A stretch of DNA of 63,175 nt, counting the filler, from Octopus bimaculoides (lineage: Eukaryota), in NCBI RefSeq assembly GCF_001194135.2. It is 7 parts of 7 records of this genome, joined end to end, with 100 filler letters (N's around TTAATTAATTAA, not from the genome) between each part and the next. Parts side by side here need not be neighbours in the genome. Positions count along the whole stretch, not along the records: positions 39,593 to 54,893 come from NC_068981.1; 6 more parts are not named here. The stretch is one strand, 5' to 3'. Position 1 is the stretch's first letter; every line of letters begins with the position of its first letter. The notes under the pieces were generated by a model that ran no database searches, was not told the origin of the DNA, and worked only from the letters and a program-made list of their open reading frames with translations. Position numbers and translations under genes: made by a program. Below, piece by piece: positions 39,593 to 54,099 of this stretch.

Positions 39593-40725
39593 TAGAAACA
39601 GGTTTCAGTGAAAAGAAAATTTATATATATATACACGCGCACAATTTTATATGTATTGATTTTGATGCCCCTAATCTGAAGTTTACTATTTGTGAGATTT
39701 TTTTATTGTCAAAAAAAAAATTTCATTATTCTGAAGAATTATATTCTAGTGATCATTAATATATTTGACAGTTGCTGATTGCTGAATATCCTGAGGACAA
39801 CATTCATTGATCTGAACTTGCGTGACTACTTTTAGATAATAAAGAATTTTCTCAGAAATAGTTTGTTAATTAAAGACACTGAACGTACATTATTTCTGAT
39901 TGCTTTCAATTTGATGGAAAATTTCTTGCGTCGAAATATTTTTAATATTTCAACAAAATCAGAGACGTCGTTACAAGTGCTATATAGAAGCAAGATAACT
40001 AAGAAGATATATACTCGCCGTTTCTAAAGGCATCATCAAATCATTGCCAAAGAGTTTCATCTGTCAATGTCACTATTTTCCTTGCTGCCGAGGTCTATTT
40101 TGCATTTCATTTTTCGAGGTCGGTAAAATATGCAGCAGTCGAACAATGGTGTTAATGTAATCGACATAACCCTTCCCCGACGATGCTAGCCTTGTGCTAA
40201 AATTTGAACTCAATATAACGATTTTCCTAAGGTGGCAATTTGGCAGAATTGTTAGCACGCCAGACAAAGTACTAAATGGCATTTCGTCCGTCATTATGTT
40301 CTGAGTTCAAATTCCGCCATTGCCGACTTTGCCATTCACATTTTCGGGCGTTGATAAAATGAGCACCTTTTGAGTACTGGCGTCAATGTAAACGAGTTAC
40401 ACTTTCCCTTCACCCGAATTTGCAGGCTTTGTGCCAAATTTTGAAATTAATATTACTATTTCCGAATATTTGCCAGGGTATCTTATGACAGGAGTATGAT
40501 ACGATTAAAAAACATCTCTGTGGTTAAGGAGATTGCTTTGCATCCACGTGGTTTAGGGTTCGGTCCCACTGTACAGCAAGTTTTCAAACTGTCTCCTAGT
40601 GTAATTCTGAAGGGTAAAATGCCTTCCAAATATATTTGGCAGACATTAACTGTGTCGAAGATCGGCGTATAGACAGACATACATACATACAGACAGACAG
40701 ACAGACAGACAGATAGATAGATAGT

Positions 40726-40795
<70 letters not shown>

Positions 40796-40840
40796 CATAG
40801 ACAGATACATAGATAGATACATAGATAGATACATAGATAC

Positions 40841-40881
<41 letters not shown>

Positions 40882-40959
40882 TAGTTAGATAGATAGATAA
40901 ATAGATAGATAAATAGATAGATAGACAGAAACATAGATAGATACATAGATAGATACATA

Positions 40960-41500
40960 ATATGCAGTGGGGTGTTGTATATGCATGCGGGTGATTATCT
41001 TCCGTTGTCTATCGATCGCCATTGCCCCTGTTATCCTATGGGTTCCAATATGCCCCCAAGAATTTCCTGAAATACAAGCACGGTCCGAAGACCTCCATTC
41101 TAGAGTTAAGGATGTTTCCCAGGTAGAGGGAGTCATTTACAATCCTCGCCCGTTCCGCTGCACATAGTTCACATAGTGCTTGGTCTCGTTTATGTAGGAG
41201 CCTGGATTTTCTAGGATTCTCCCTGTCACTGTGTATGGAATCCCGTTGTCTTTCAGCTGCCATACATGGCAGGCTAATGATGTAATGTATCTGATTTCCG
41301 GTATCCTAAAGGAGGATCTTTGGTTGGGGAGGCGTTGTTGGAACATGTGGTCCGGTGCTGGCTGTGCTGTGTCTATTGGTGCTGGCGATACTGCTGCTGC
41401 TGTTGTTGGTGCTACTGTTGTTGGTACTGCCGCTGTTCCTGCCGTCACTGCCGGTGCTAGTTGCTCTTTGACTTAGAGTGTCCTTCTTTTCCGGATTTAT
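40960..41500 (-). mobile_element. Penelope-like GIY-YIG endonuclease C-terminal remnant
   Basis: FQQRLPNQRSSFRIPEIRYITSLACHVWQLKDNGIPYTVTGRILENPGSY, then NILNSRMEVFGPCLYFRKFL in a shifted frame. Confidence 0.75.
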
Positions 41501-41806
41501 GGTTTACTGACGATATATATATATATATATATNNNNNNNNNNNNNNNNNNNNNNNNNNNNNNNNNNNNNNNNNNNNNNNNNNNNNNNNNNNNNNNNNNNN
41601 NNNNNNNNNNNNNNNNNNNNNNNNNNNNNNNNNNNNNNNNNNNNNNNNNNNNNNNNNNNNNNNNNNNNNNNNNNNNNNNNNNNNNNNNNNNNNNNNNNNN
41701 NNNNNNNNNNNNNNNNNNNNNNNNNNNNNNNNNNNNNNNNNNNNNNNNNNNNNNNNNNNNNNNNNNNNNNNNNNNNNNNNNNNNNNNNNNNNNNNNNNNN
41801 NNNNNN

Positions 41807-41841
<35 letters not shown>

Positions 41842-41950
41842 GTGTGTGTGTCTATGTGTGTCTGTGTGTGTGTATGTATGTATATATATTTTTACATGTA
41901 CATACATATATATTCAGACATACATATATGTGTGTATGTGTGTGTATGTG

Positions 41951-42001
<51 letters not shown>

Positions 42002-42751
42002 TACTTTACTTGCTTTTGAAAATTGCATTATTAATAATCACTTACGATAGGTATCTGCGCTAAAATGAAATAGAGTATCTCGAGTTGCGGCTTCTTTAAA
42101 CATTTCAACACTGTTTCTGCAGCGTGACTGACAAAAAAAATATATACATTCTAATTATTATGTGATCTTTTGAAGCGGTCTATTTTTATTGCTTAGTTTC
42201 TCTTCCTAAACAAATACTTCTCAATGGTGCAGCAAGTCAAAAGTAAAAAAAGAAAAAAAGCTCCTATATTTTGTATCTCCTTTGTAATTGCTGTATCTAA
42301 CAAACGTTTTTTTCTGCATTGCACCAACTCCGAGATTCAGATTAAGTTTTTCAACTTAACATCTTGAATTTTTATCGTTTTTCTCAAGTTTTCAGTAATA
42401 GTAAACTGTAAAACTGTATTTAAGGCCTTTTTAAATTCTTTGTTCCAGAGTTTGGGTGTTTCATACTTCAATTAGGTATCATACTCAACTTGCTTTTACA
42501 GTGGTATCAAATACCGCCTAGGTACCACTGCATACTTTCTTCAAATTCACGACTACGGTATACACCCTAGTCTTACTTGCAAAATCTCTAGTAAATTATG
42601 TCCTTAAGCATATCAGGATTAAATGGGATTTTTCTGCTATTTCTAGTTCAGCGGCTAATTGTTGGTTAGGAGAATTGTGATAATGATGGTCATGGTGTTT
42701 ATAGAGATGGTAGTGGTGGTGAAGGAGGTGAAAGTGGTGAGGCGATGATGC

Positions 42752-42790
<39 letters not shown>

Positions 42791-44655
42791 GGGGGAGGAG
42801 NNNNNNNNNNNNNNNNNNNNNNNNNNNNNNNNNNNNNNNNNNNNNNNNNNNNNNNNNNNNNNNNNNNNNNNNNNNNNNNNNNNNNNNNNNNNNNNNNNNN
42901 NNNNNNNNNNNNNNNNNNNNNNNNNNNNNNNNNNNNNNNNNNNNNNNNNNNNNNNNNNNNNNNNNNNNNNNNNNNNNNNNNNNNNNNNNNNNNNNNNNNN
43001 NNNNNNNNGAGGAGGGTGGTGGTGGTGGTGGTGGTGGTGGTGATGATGGCGGCGGCGATGGTGATGGTGGTGGTGATGATGTTGAAAAAGAGGTTACAGA
43101 AATTAGTCTTGGTTAACTACATTCTCATTTGAATTACACGAAGTTCAATGTTGCAGCATTTTCTGTTCTAAAACTATCAGAAGCCGTATCGGCAGGTGTT
43201 TAACAAATTCTACACCATCACCGCGTATTCATGTGCCACTACCACTTCATGAGATTCCAATGAAACCATAATTATATTTCTTCAACGACAGAAACGATAA
43301 AGCTACTTCAAATCCACTTGATATAAACTTTTGCATATATTATTTTATCAGCTATAAAGATGCTACAATAATATCGATAACTAAATTAAAAAAGAGAACA
43401 TTAATAATAAATCCCATTATATCTCTTTGAACTTAAATGATTTCAATATATTTCAAATAATATTTTATGTTTTCGATTCCATCCTAGAAATATGTACCTT
43501 TATGATTACTTCCGCAGTGCAGTAAATATTCTAAATTTTCAAGTTGCTTTCAATTTTAAAATTTCATTGTTACTTATCGAAGCTTCGAGTTTATTCATTA
43601 AAGCTAAAATCTTTTTTTTTTTTCATTGTTATTTTATGCGTATCTTATTGCACTATAATGCGTGTGATTCACAAGAGAGCTGACAGAATTGTTTACCTGC
43701 CGGGCAGAATTCTTAGCGGCATTTTGTCCGTCTTTACTTCCGTCTTTGTCTTCTATCCTTAAGGAGTTGATAAAATACGAACTAATCAAACACTGGGGAT
43801 GATGTAACCGACTTATCTCCTCGCAGACGTTGTCCGCCTTGTGCCAAAATTTGAAATCAATATAATGTGTGTGAATGCATGTTTGTAAGTAGGGTGAAGG
43901 CATGTAACTTAGTTAAGAGTATTTAGTTCATGATATTAAGGTCGTAAGTTCGATGACCGGTGAAGTATTACAACCTTGAGCAAGATACTTTGTTTCACGT
44001 TGTTCGAATCCACAGAGTTGGCAAAAATTAGTAGAAGCTGTATTTCAAAGGGACAGCTTTGACACGGCTTTTGTCCCGCTGTATCTGTCTGAGCACTACG
44101 TTAAGGCTACGCGTCTCTGTGGATTACTCTGCCAGTCACCAGCAAGCTGTTCTATTGGTTCATCTGGAACCCTTATCGTCTTAGCCAATGGAATGCCACT
44201 ATGCAAATATGTATGTCTATTTCCTCTTTCTTTCACTCCTTTTTCCTTTCTATTTCCCCCTCCTTTTCTGTGTCTCCATTTTAAATTCTTCGGATATGAT
44301 GTTAAAGATAATTGCTTTTACATATCAGTAATATTCGCCATTCATCTTTACCATTTTCTGATTAGGTTTCCAGATAATTATTATCATTACCAAATAACTC
44401 CCAGGCTGTACATGACTTTGCACTAAGCATTATCATTTGAAATATATCGATATGTATTTATGTATGTTGTTCCGTTTTATTTCAAGATTTCTTGGCAATA
44501 GAGAATGAGGCGGTTTCTAACCTAGATCCAAGGCTTCTTCATTGGAATTTCAACATCAACAGGGTATTTTCGTATGTATGTATGTATGTATGTATGTATG
44601 TTTATGTGCAGATTTGTTTGTTTTGTTTTGTATGTATTCTCAGGCATATAGTTGC

Positions 44656-44689
<34 letters not shown>

Positions 44690-45227
44690 TTAACAACTAG
44701 GATTTAATCACGTATGTCATAGATGAAACTAGTTTTAATAAACAGTATTAAAGTTGAGTTAAGAACACCCTCTTCTCAGTTTAAATCCACCAAAATAGAC
44801 TTTTGTATTCTTCCGTCTAGCGGCACTGAAATGCACAATAACTCGAGGCGTCAAAGAAATCAGCATTCTGTTTTACCTCGGTTTTTGTAGTGTTCTATTT
44901 TCCTTTCCTTCGTTCTTTCTTTATTTTCTATTTCTTTATTTCACTACCAGCCGCATGAGAAGTTACACTTTATATAAAAGGAGAAAATAGCAAGACAGTT
45001 GAATTTTTTTGACGGAGAGATAATTTCTTTTACTGCATACTGGAGACATGATATTTCAGAGGCAATGAAGACAAATTGTCTGTGAAGAGGGATAAGCTAC
45101 TATAAAATTCCTCCATAAAATAGATGCAGTAAGGAAACCAATTGAATCTTAATATTATTTCATGAATGCACAATGAGAAAAGATATGTGTGTGTGTGTGT
45201 GTGTGCGTGTGTGTGTGTGCGTGTGTG

Positions 45228-45258
<31 letters not shown>

Positions 45259-45399
45259 ATAGACAGATATAGACACATATGTACATATATANNNNNNNNN
45301 NNNNNNNNNNNNNNNNNNNNNNNNNNNNNNNNNNNNNNNNNNNNNNNNNNNNNNNNNNNNNNNNNNNNNNNNNNNNNNNNNNNNNNNNNNNNNNNNNNN

Positions 45400-45453
<54 letters not shown>

Positions 45454-46699
45454 GGTGCCTCGAACAAAACAATGTATGTTTGTGCAAATATGCTTGAACG
45501 TGTGTGTGAAAGAAATAGTTAGTTAGATAGAGAGAGAGAAAGAGAGAGATATGTGCGCTGAAAATGAAAGAGTGAAACATAGACAGGTAGAAAGAGATGA
45601 CGGAAGTCTTTTTTTTCCCGTCCACCAGTGTTTGCCTGTACCTATGTTTGTAGTAACACTGGCAGAAAAACATTGTCTAAAATGTTAAAAAATACATTGA
45701 ACGTTGTAATAATACAATAAACAAAACATATTATCCACATCAAAATATATATATAAATGTTCTACTACTAACCTATGGATAGTTTGATAGATGTTTGTTA
45801 AAAAAAATCGTGATGAACGACGATGAGGACATTTTCTACTTTACTAAGTACATAATATTTATGCTAACAGTGAGGACAGCTGTTGATAATCAACACAAAT
45901 AACTGTATATCCTCTACTAAAGTATTTATAAGGCAGACACAGGAAATTACACTAGATGTCATCACCATATAGACACAACAAATAAAGTATAGACTAATAT
46001 AATCGCCATAAACATGCGATCGATAACATTTCGACAATGTCTCTGTGATACAAGGACGACAGCATTGCTGTGTAAAAAAAATAATAGTAGGATAATGTCA
46101 ACAAATTTTTAACTCAAGTCAGACGTAAAATAATTGAAATGGCTCTTAATTTGATACCAATAATATTCATTTGGAATATTCACAATCACAAATATCAAAT
46201 AATGCCCTCAAAACAGAAAAAGAAAGTTACAGCTATAATCATTTTTGCTTTGAAATTTTTGCATTCAGTAATCGCTAAACAAAAGTTCGTACGTACTGTA
46301 AGCGGCATGTTGACTTGGTATGAATCTATTTTCTATGGCTGTTTTATTGTCTAGAAACCATTGATAAAATCCTTAGCCAATTATATCAGACTTTATGTTG
46401 TACTCACAAGCTGAATGCGTTTTCTGTTCGCTTGTCTCATTTTATCTGTATACAATTTATGCAAGACATATCGGTTACAATGATGTTGAGAGTGACACTA
46501 AACATACTTCAACGTGATTTAATCTCTCATTACTAATCCTATTCATTCTGAGGGATTCCTTGTGATTCAGAAACTCATACAGAGTGTTCGGCCTAAATTT
46601 AACTATATTTCATGTTTCGTTTTATCAGGAACAGCTTAATGTATTGGTGAATAGTCAACGGCTTGGAGAACATAAAGATTGATGTTGTATTTGAGAGAA

Positions 46700-47360
46700 G
46701 GTTAACTGGCATGGAGGACAAGCAGCAATCCGAATATTGGTAAAGTGTTGCTTGTATCAAAATGATTTACGCAGGATATCAAAATGTCGACATCACGACT
46801 GCTGCTTAATGTTCTGTGAACACTAAAGTTGTAAAACGTAACACGGACAGCCGCGACGGAAACGACGAAGCCGTAGCCATCGAAGCGACACAGAAGACGC
46901 TCTGACTGAGACTGTACACTGGAATTCATCCAACAACTGATGATCAGGGCCTTAAGCTAAATTGAGTCAGCTACGTGACTGTCAAATTTATCCCGAAAAC
47001 TGTAGGTAGTGAAATTTATCTCGAAAACTCAGTCTCTAGGTAATCAAATCATAGGTGGAGATGGTTGCCGCTGAAAGACTATATGTGTGTGACAGCAGGA
47101 TTACGATCCTTGCCATACACTGGAAAAGAGTTAGAGGTGGTTGTCGAAGACTTTCTATGACTTCACCAGCCCCAATTTCTGGCTTCCTAATCCTCCCAAC
47201 TGTAGTCCCATGTTTTGCTATGACTGTGGTGCAGTTGAGAACGACACCCGCCGCTATGCCTGCAACACCAAGATCTAATTGGATGCCAAAATCAAGGATG
47301 TTTCCTAAGATTTTCTCAGGGGAGAGAGTAGCGAACACATTCACGAGGTTTCGATTTGAG
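46700..47360 (+). mobile_element. IS630-Tc1-mariner superfamily transposase remnant (possibly maT/DD37D-like)
   Basis: With frameshifts: PCHTGKRV...DFTSPNFWLPNPPNCSP...GAVENDTRRYACNTK, the WPPNSPD-region motif; subfamily uncertain. Confidence 0.55.
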
Positions 47361-50283
47361 TAAACTGTTATCTCCCAGTTATAATCTTGATAAGGTATCT
47401 TCTTTCCGATTAATGCAAAATGTCAAATTTATCCCGAAAACTCAGTATAGATCTTGTAAGAGAGTGTCAGTCTGCTTCGCTCAGATTTCACTTCTTTACC
47501 TACTAAGAAAAAGGGTACTTCTATTTGAGGATACCTAACAAAAAATATGTCATTGCATATACATAAAGTATAAGTTTTGTCATGTTAAAGTCACTGGTGA
47601 ACAATGTTGTTTAAAGTAATCATTTGCGTGCTCTTCGTAATATTACAGTACCTATTTAGAAATTAGTCAGACTGAAATGAATGGCTATCATGACTTTTAA
47701 AAATCACAAATGTGTAGAGGTTAGGTTTCATTTTTTGGAGTTAATAAGCGTAAAGAAAATATATGCAATTCAACAGTTGTGGAGATGTGCAATTTTAGAG
47801 AGGATATATATGTTACATCACTTTCAGAGTGACGAATGGCAGTTAAATGGGTAGAGAGAAATTGAAAAGTTTATTCATTTGTCAGCTAGTTCAGAGTGAC
47901 ACAGCCCATTATCAATGCAAGCGGAACAAAACGAAATATTAAAGAACAGTTGTGGAGTGATAGATGAAGAAGAACGTTATTGAGAAGTGATTTGAGAACC
48001 AAGTTTTCTTTAGAAATTCATCAAAACTGATAAATATATACTTTTACATGGTATATGTTTATTGCTGAAGATGTGAAAGGGTAATTTGTTCCACTTATTG
48101 ATCATTCAGTATTAAACTCTGTCTTTCAAAATGCATCATCATCATCATATATTCATGAAAACTCGTGCTTCCACTGGAAATGACCGACGTATCATTTTCC
48201 TTCTTTCACCCTCGATAACCTAAAATCATCGGCTTTCGCTGAAGATACACAGTTAGCCGAGTTTTTATATACAAAACGCTCATTTATATATCGTCTCGAG
48301 TAGTCATTAATCTTCATGCGAAATGCTACCTCAACAAAAGTTTTGTATTTAAATCGATAAATTAATTCTCGCTCTTTGATGTTGCAATTTTATAATAGAT
48401 TCAGCTAGAGCAGCAAAGACCTGTTTTACTTATTAATTATTTTTATATACCTTCGGTTTCTATTTTATTTATCTACTTCTCTTTAAAAGAATAAATGATA
48501 AATCCAACTAGAAATAACTGCCAAGTCTAACTAAAATCACACAGTTCATTTATAGAATTAGAAAGAGCATATTGGACGGTGTAGTCTTACATAAACTATG
48601 TATGAAAAACAGCAACTGGGGGAATAAATACGATTGGAATGCTTCCCTTTTATAAGTAATCTCTATCAGAGCTGTAGTAATACTAAATAAAAATTGACGT
48701 CACCCTTATAAAATACAGACGGGCATTTTTAAGACGTTTTGACTTGAAATATCCCATGTTAGATATTCTGAAGAACCTTCTGAAGAAATATATCTAAATC
48801 ATGAATAAAATTTAAATTGGTGATATTTACGTGAAGTAATAAATAATAAAATAACATTACAGGAAAGGTAATCGCTTAATCGAATATTTTGACTTTACAT
48901 TTGAATTTTATTAACCTATGTAATAAAATACAAGTAGTTGCAAAGCTCATCTGAGAAGATCCATTTAAGAAGATCCATTCGCGAATTCACGGAGAATAGT
49001 TGCCAATAAATATACTGTCATCATGGATATAGTATATCCTATATCAACTAACTTAATAAACATTTTCAGCCAATGTTACTCGTATATTTTATTTCCTGCA
49101 ATCAGATACAAAAATGGCAGGTATGCATACGCAAGCATATTAGCGTGTCAAGTTCGTGATTTACAATTCCTTTTCACTGAATGTCTTCTATGGCTTCTTG
49201 TAGTCATACAGAAGAGCCTGTTTTAATATAATACACGGTCTAATTGTACTCATATTCGAACATTCCCAAATCAGCTACAATAATATCTTATATACATGTA
49301 ATTCAGAGGACTCAATTCAGTACAAATCCGGTATAAAATTTTTTTTAAATAAATCTTTAAATTTGTACTAAGCAAAATTCCTGCTGATTTTAGTTTGTAC
49401 GTATAATCCTCGTTTACATGTTATGTAATACAACCTAACGTCTCACGTTCAATAAGTGTTCAATTGCAATTTGGTTATCTTTCAATATAGATTGACCCAT
49501 TGAGGTCAAATGCCGCAGAGGTCGACTTTGTTTCTCATCCGTTTGGAGTCGATAAAATAAGTACTAGCTAAGTATTAGAGTTAATGTAATCGACTTACCT
49601 CTCTCCCGAACTTGCTGGTCTAGTGCCAGAATTGAACCAATATACTTAGGTCTATCATAACTGAATAAAATAGAAACGTGTTCAGTTTTTTAGCCATATG
49701 TCCTGACTTTAAAGTAACATGAAACTGGAGAGCTCTTGTTTAAGTCGAATTTTTTGTATATGTAGGCCCATAGATAGTAGTCAGAATAGTTAGATATGTA
49801 ATATTGTACGAAAGATATTTAAATCGGTTACAATTGATGGAGAGATTATCAAAGAACACCTGACAAGTTAAGAGCAGATCACCTGATAAACAAGAAAGAA
49901 ATTCATGCAAAATATTATTGCAGGAAAATATTTTTATATGCAATATTAATATCCTGTTTATCAATCTACCCCTCTTTTATTTATTTATTTACTTTTTAGA
50001 AAAAGTTAAAATATTAATTTCCATGTATGAAGAAGCTAAGTAATGAAAATATAAACAACAAAATATTTTCTATTATAATAAGTAAAATGGAATTTCTTGA
50101 CATTAAATTATATTTATGATAAAGAAAATAATTTATCCAATGTAGTGCATATTTATGACAAAGGAAATCATCTTATATAGTTTTAATATTTCGAAACATG
50201 AATGTAAATGTAACCGAAAAACGAAAAATAAAGAAAAGAAATTTGAAATATATTTTCTTACACAATATAAGCAAAACGTAAAT

Positions 50284-50540
50284 TCATACTAGGTGCTCTT
50301 CTTCTTCTTCTTCTTCTTCTTCTTCTTCTTCTTCTTCTTCTTCTTCTTCTTCTTCTTCTTCTTCTTCTTCTTCTTCTTCTTCTTCTTCTTCTTCTTCTTC
50401 TTCTTCTTCTTTTTCTTCTTTTTTTTCTTCTTCTTCTTCTTCTTCTTCTTCTTCTTCTTCTTCTTCTTCTTCTTCTTCTTCTTCTTCTTCTTCTTCTTCT
50501 TCCTCCTCCTCCTCCTTCTTCTTCTTCTTCTCCTCCTCCT
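50284..50540. repeat. (TTC)n/(CTT)n microsatellite grading to (CCT)n
   Basis: Direct reading. Confidence 0.95.
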
Positions 50541-50613
50541 CTTGCTTATGCCTCCATTTATCCTTCTCCATCATTCTAATTTTTTTACTTTCTACTATTT
50601 CTTTTTTCTTCTT

Positions 50614-50657
<44 letters not shown>

Positions 50658-50658
<1 letters not shown>

Positions 50659-50945
50659 TTATGTTTGACTTTTGTTTTGCATTTGTACAAGTTGGATCCA
50701 AGTCTCACCCAGAGACCTCAAGAGACAACAAGTTAGAAGTTCATGTAGGTTTTATGCCTAGAGTACCATATATTTGTATTTATACAGTTTTGTTCAAGTG
50801 AATGTTTAAGAAACCATAAGAAAATTATGTGTTTGCTTTAAAATTTGAGATCACATAGACAGTATTTTACGTAGGATATGGGCAGTTCCCATGAGCACTA
50901 TTTTTTGAACTTCAGCCATTTTGGGGTTTCCTGGAATCTGATCTA
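50658..50945 (-). mobile_element. Retroelement 3'-end fragment (family C) with a (TAA)n tail; second copy at 51670-51812
   Basis: Shared GCATTTGTACAAGTTGGATCCAAGTCTCACCCAGAGACCTCAAGAGA; both copies abut (TTA)n. Confidence 0.6.
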
Positions 50946-51056
50946 NNNNNNNNNNNNNNNNNNNNNNNNNNNNNNNNNNNNNNNNNNNNNNNNNNNNNNN
51001 NNTAAAGGTATCTTACACTTGGATACCTTAGCAATGCACAATAGATTGGTGTGCTG

Positions 51057-51130
<74 letters not shown>

Positions 51131-51132
<2 letters not shown>

Positions 51133-51648
51133 GATCGCCCCGCCGCCTTCCTCTGGCTGTGAAGGAAAACCAGTTTTCATCTCTCGCGTGACAATGGCGA
51201 AGGAGGTAGTGTGGTGGACGAGATTGAAAGGACTGAAGATAGATATTTTCCTCTTCACTCAAGTCCCCATTGACTCTTTCAAGTTCTACTTCAAAAGGAG
51301 AATAAGATTAGATAGAGACGTTCTGCCCGACAGTAAATTTGTTGAAAGGTGCGTGAATGTGACGAGGATGGCCCATGTGATCGGGCCTACTATGAAATTT
51401 CGTTTCTAAGCCGGAGGATTTGAGAAGGAGAGAGGCGCCTGTTGAGCTGCATCTGGCAGTCGGACTGACCAGAGTGTGTAGGGTTCCTCGGTTGTCCTTG
51501 TGAGGAATTTTCCACTTTTATTGTTTAACCGTTTTGTTAATTGTTTTTGTACTTATTGTATACACGGCATTCTTCAAGACCACACTTGTCACTTGTATTG
51601 ATTCTTCCCTATTTGTTTTATGTTTGACCCTTGTGGCCAATAAAGAAA
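51131..51648 (+). mobile_element. Tx1/L1-like LINE 3' end (ORF2 C-terminus plus 3' UTR)
   Basis: AKEVVWWTRLKGL...FKFYFKRRIRLDRDVLPDSKFVERCVNVTRMA*, then a T-rich UTR ending GTGGCCAATAAAGAAA; (TTA)n on both sides. Confidence 0.65.
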
Positions 51649-51819
51649 TGGTTGTTATTATTATTATTATTTTATGTTTGAATTTTGTTTTGCATTTGTA
51701 CAAGTTGGATCCAAGTCTCACCCAGAGACCTCAAGAGATAACAAATTAGAAGTTCATGTATGTGTTATGCCTAGGGTACCATATATTTGGATTTGTACAT
51801 TATGTTGTTCTGTTATTAC

Positions 51820-51865
<46 letters not shown>

Positions 51866-52254
51866 GCTGTTGTTCTTCTTCTTGTTGTTCTTATTGTTGC
51901 TGGTCTATTGACACGTATTTTTGTTATTTAGATTTTATATATATATTGTACGTTTGTTGCAAGAATGGTCCGAGTGAACGGACCTAATCTAAACCTGCAC
52001 CTATAGACGACGAGGAAAGGACATTTACCCTAGCGGTCAAGGCCTCCGTGGTTTTGTGGGGTTTCCACAACCAGCTCTAGGATGTCGCCCTCTTTTGAGT
52101 AATTTTTCATTGTTAAAATTTATTTTATCATTTTCAGTTTACACGCTCCATTTTATATAACCACACGTTGTATTGTCTTCTAACGACGCCAATGTTTTTT
52201 GTAAACCCTTAGTAGTTAATAAAGAAAACATAATCATTATCATTATTATCATTA

Positions 52255-53375
52255 AAGTAGCGAGTTGGCAGACTCGTTAGCACGCCGGAAAAAATACTTA
52301 GGGACATTTCCTGCGTCTTTACGTTTTGAGTTCAAACTCTACCGAGGTCGACTTTGCCTTTCATCCCTTCAGGGTCGATGAAATAAGAACCAGGTGAGTA
52401 CTGAGGTCGGTGTAATCGACTAAGCACCTCCTACAGTTGAAAGGATGATCATTATCATAATTAAGGCGACGACCTGGAAGAATCGTTAGTAAGCCGGGAA
52501 AAATGCTTAGCGGCATTTCGTCCGTCCTTACGTCTTAAGTATAAATTTTGCCGAGGTCGACTTTGCCTTTCATTCTTTCGGGACTGATAAAATATGTATC
52601 ACTTGAGCACTGGAGTCGATGTAAAGGACTTAACCTCTCTCTAGACTCGCTGGCCTTGTGCCAAAATTTGAAGCCATTTTTATAAAGGTGATAGACTGCA
52701 GAATATTTATTTCGCCGGACAAGATGCTTAAATTCATTCCATATGTCTTTACGCCTTGAGTTCAAAATCCGCCGAAGTCAACTTTGCTTTTCTTCCTTTT
52801 GAAGCCGGTAAAATAAGTACCAGTGAAGCACTAGGTTGAGGTAATTGATTATACTCTTCCTCTAAGATTTCAGGCCTTATGCCTACATCAGAAATAATAG
52901 TAATTATTGTTGTTGCTGTTACCATTATTATTATTAAGATAGCAAAAAGCGGTGACCTGGTAGAATCGTTAGCACGCAGGGCAAAGTACTTAACTGCATT
53001 TCGCCCTTCTTTATGTTTTGGTTTCAAATTCTGCCCGTTGTCGGGATGGGTAAAATAAATTGGCCTAGTAATTCCAATCGATGTAATCGACAACTATCCT
53101 GCACCACAATTTCTTGCCCTGTACGAAAATTAGAAAGAATTATTATTTTTATTACTATAACTATTAATTTTGTTGTTATCATTAATCACTAGAAGGCGGC
53201 GAGCTGGCAGAAACGTTAGCACGCCGGGCGAAATGCTTAGCAATATTTTGTTTGTCCGCCGAAGTCGACTTTGCCTTTCATCCTTTCGGGGTTAATTAAT
53301 TAAGTACCAGTTGCATACTGGCGTCGATCTAATCGACTGCTTCCCACCTCTGTGTGCCTAGAGTTGAAAAGATTA
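52255..53375 (+). mobile_element. Five head-to-tail copies of tRNA-derived SINE family F
   Basis: Starts near 52255, 52463, 52685, 52946 and 53193; each has variants of GGCGGCGAGCTGGCAGAA.CGTTAGCACGCCGG...GTCGACTTTGCCTTTCATCCTTTCGGG. Confidence 0.85.
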
Positions 53376-53725
53376 TTAATCAATAGTAATGTTTACCTAT
53401 TTATATTTTACAGTTTATTGATATACAAAGGCGAAAATATAGCAGCAAACAGCGAACGTTTTATAATATATCTGACAGCATATACAAGAAATATAATAAC
53501 AGCTCTGAACGAAGCACGTGAGTTGTGAAAACACAGGTGTATCGGAAAGTAGACATTGCGTTACATAGAAACAAACACGTCCGCACACGTACAAACACGT
53601 ACAAGCATGCACACATGCATATACACGTACATAGATAACAATATAATATATATGTATATATATACATATATATCTATATACATAGATAACAATATAATAT
53701 ATATGCATATATACATATATACATA

Positions 53726-53776
<51 letters not shown>

Positions 53777-53778
53777 AT

Positions 53779-53810
<32 letters not shown>

Positions 53811-54099
53811 GTATACATATATATATATNNNNNNNNNNNNNNNNNNNNNNNNNNNNNNNNNNNNNNNNNNNNNNNNNNNNNNNNNNNNNNNNNNNNNNNN
53901 NNNNNNNNNNNNNNNNNNNNNNNNNNNNNNNNNNNNNNNNNNNNNNNNNNNNNNNNNNNNNNNNNNNNNNNNNNNNNNNNNNNNNNNNNNNNNATATATA
54001 ACAAATGATAAATGAGTATACAGCAAATCCACCACGGACATCATTAACGAGAAGAAGAAAAACGGATCATGCAAATCTACAGTTAGCCGCTTCGCCGTT

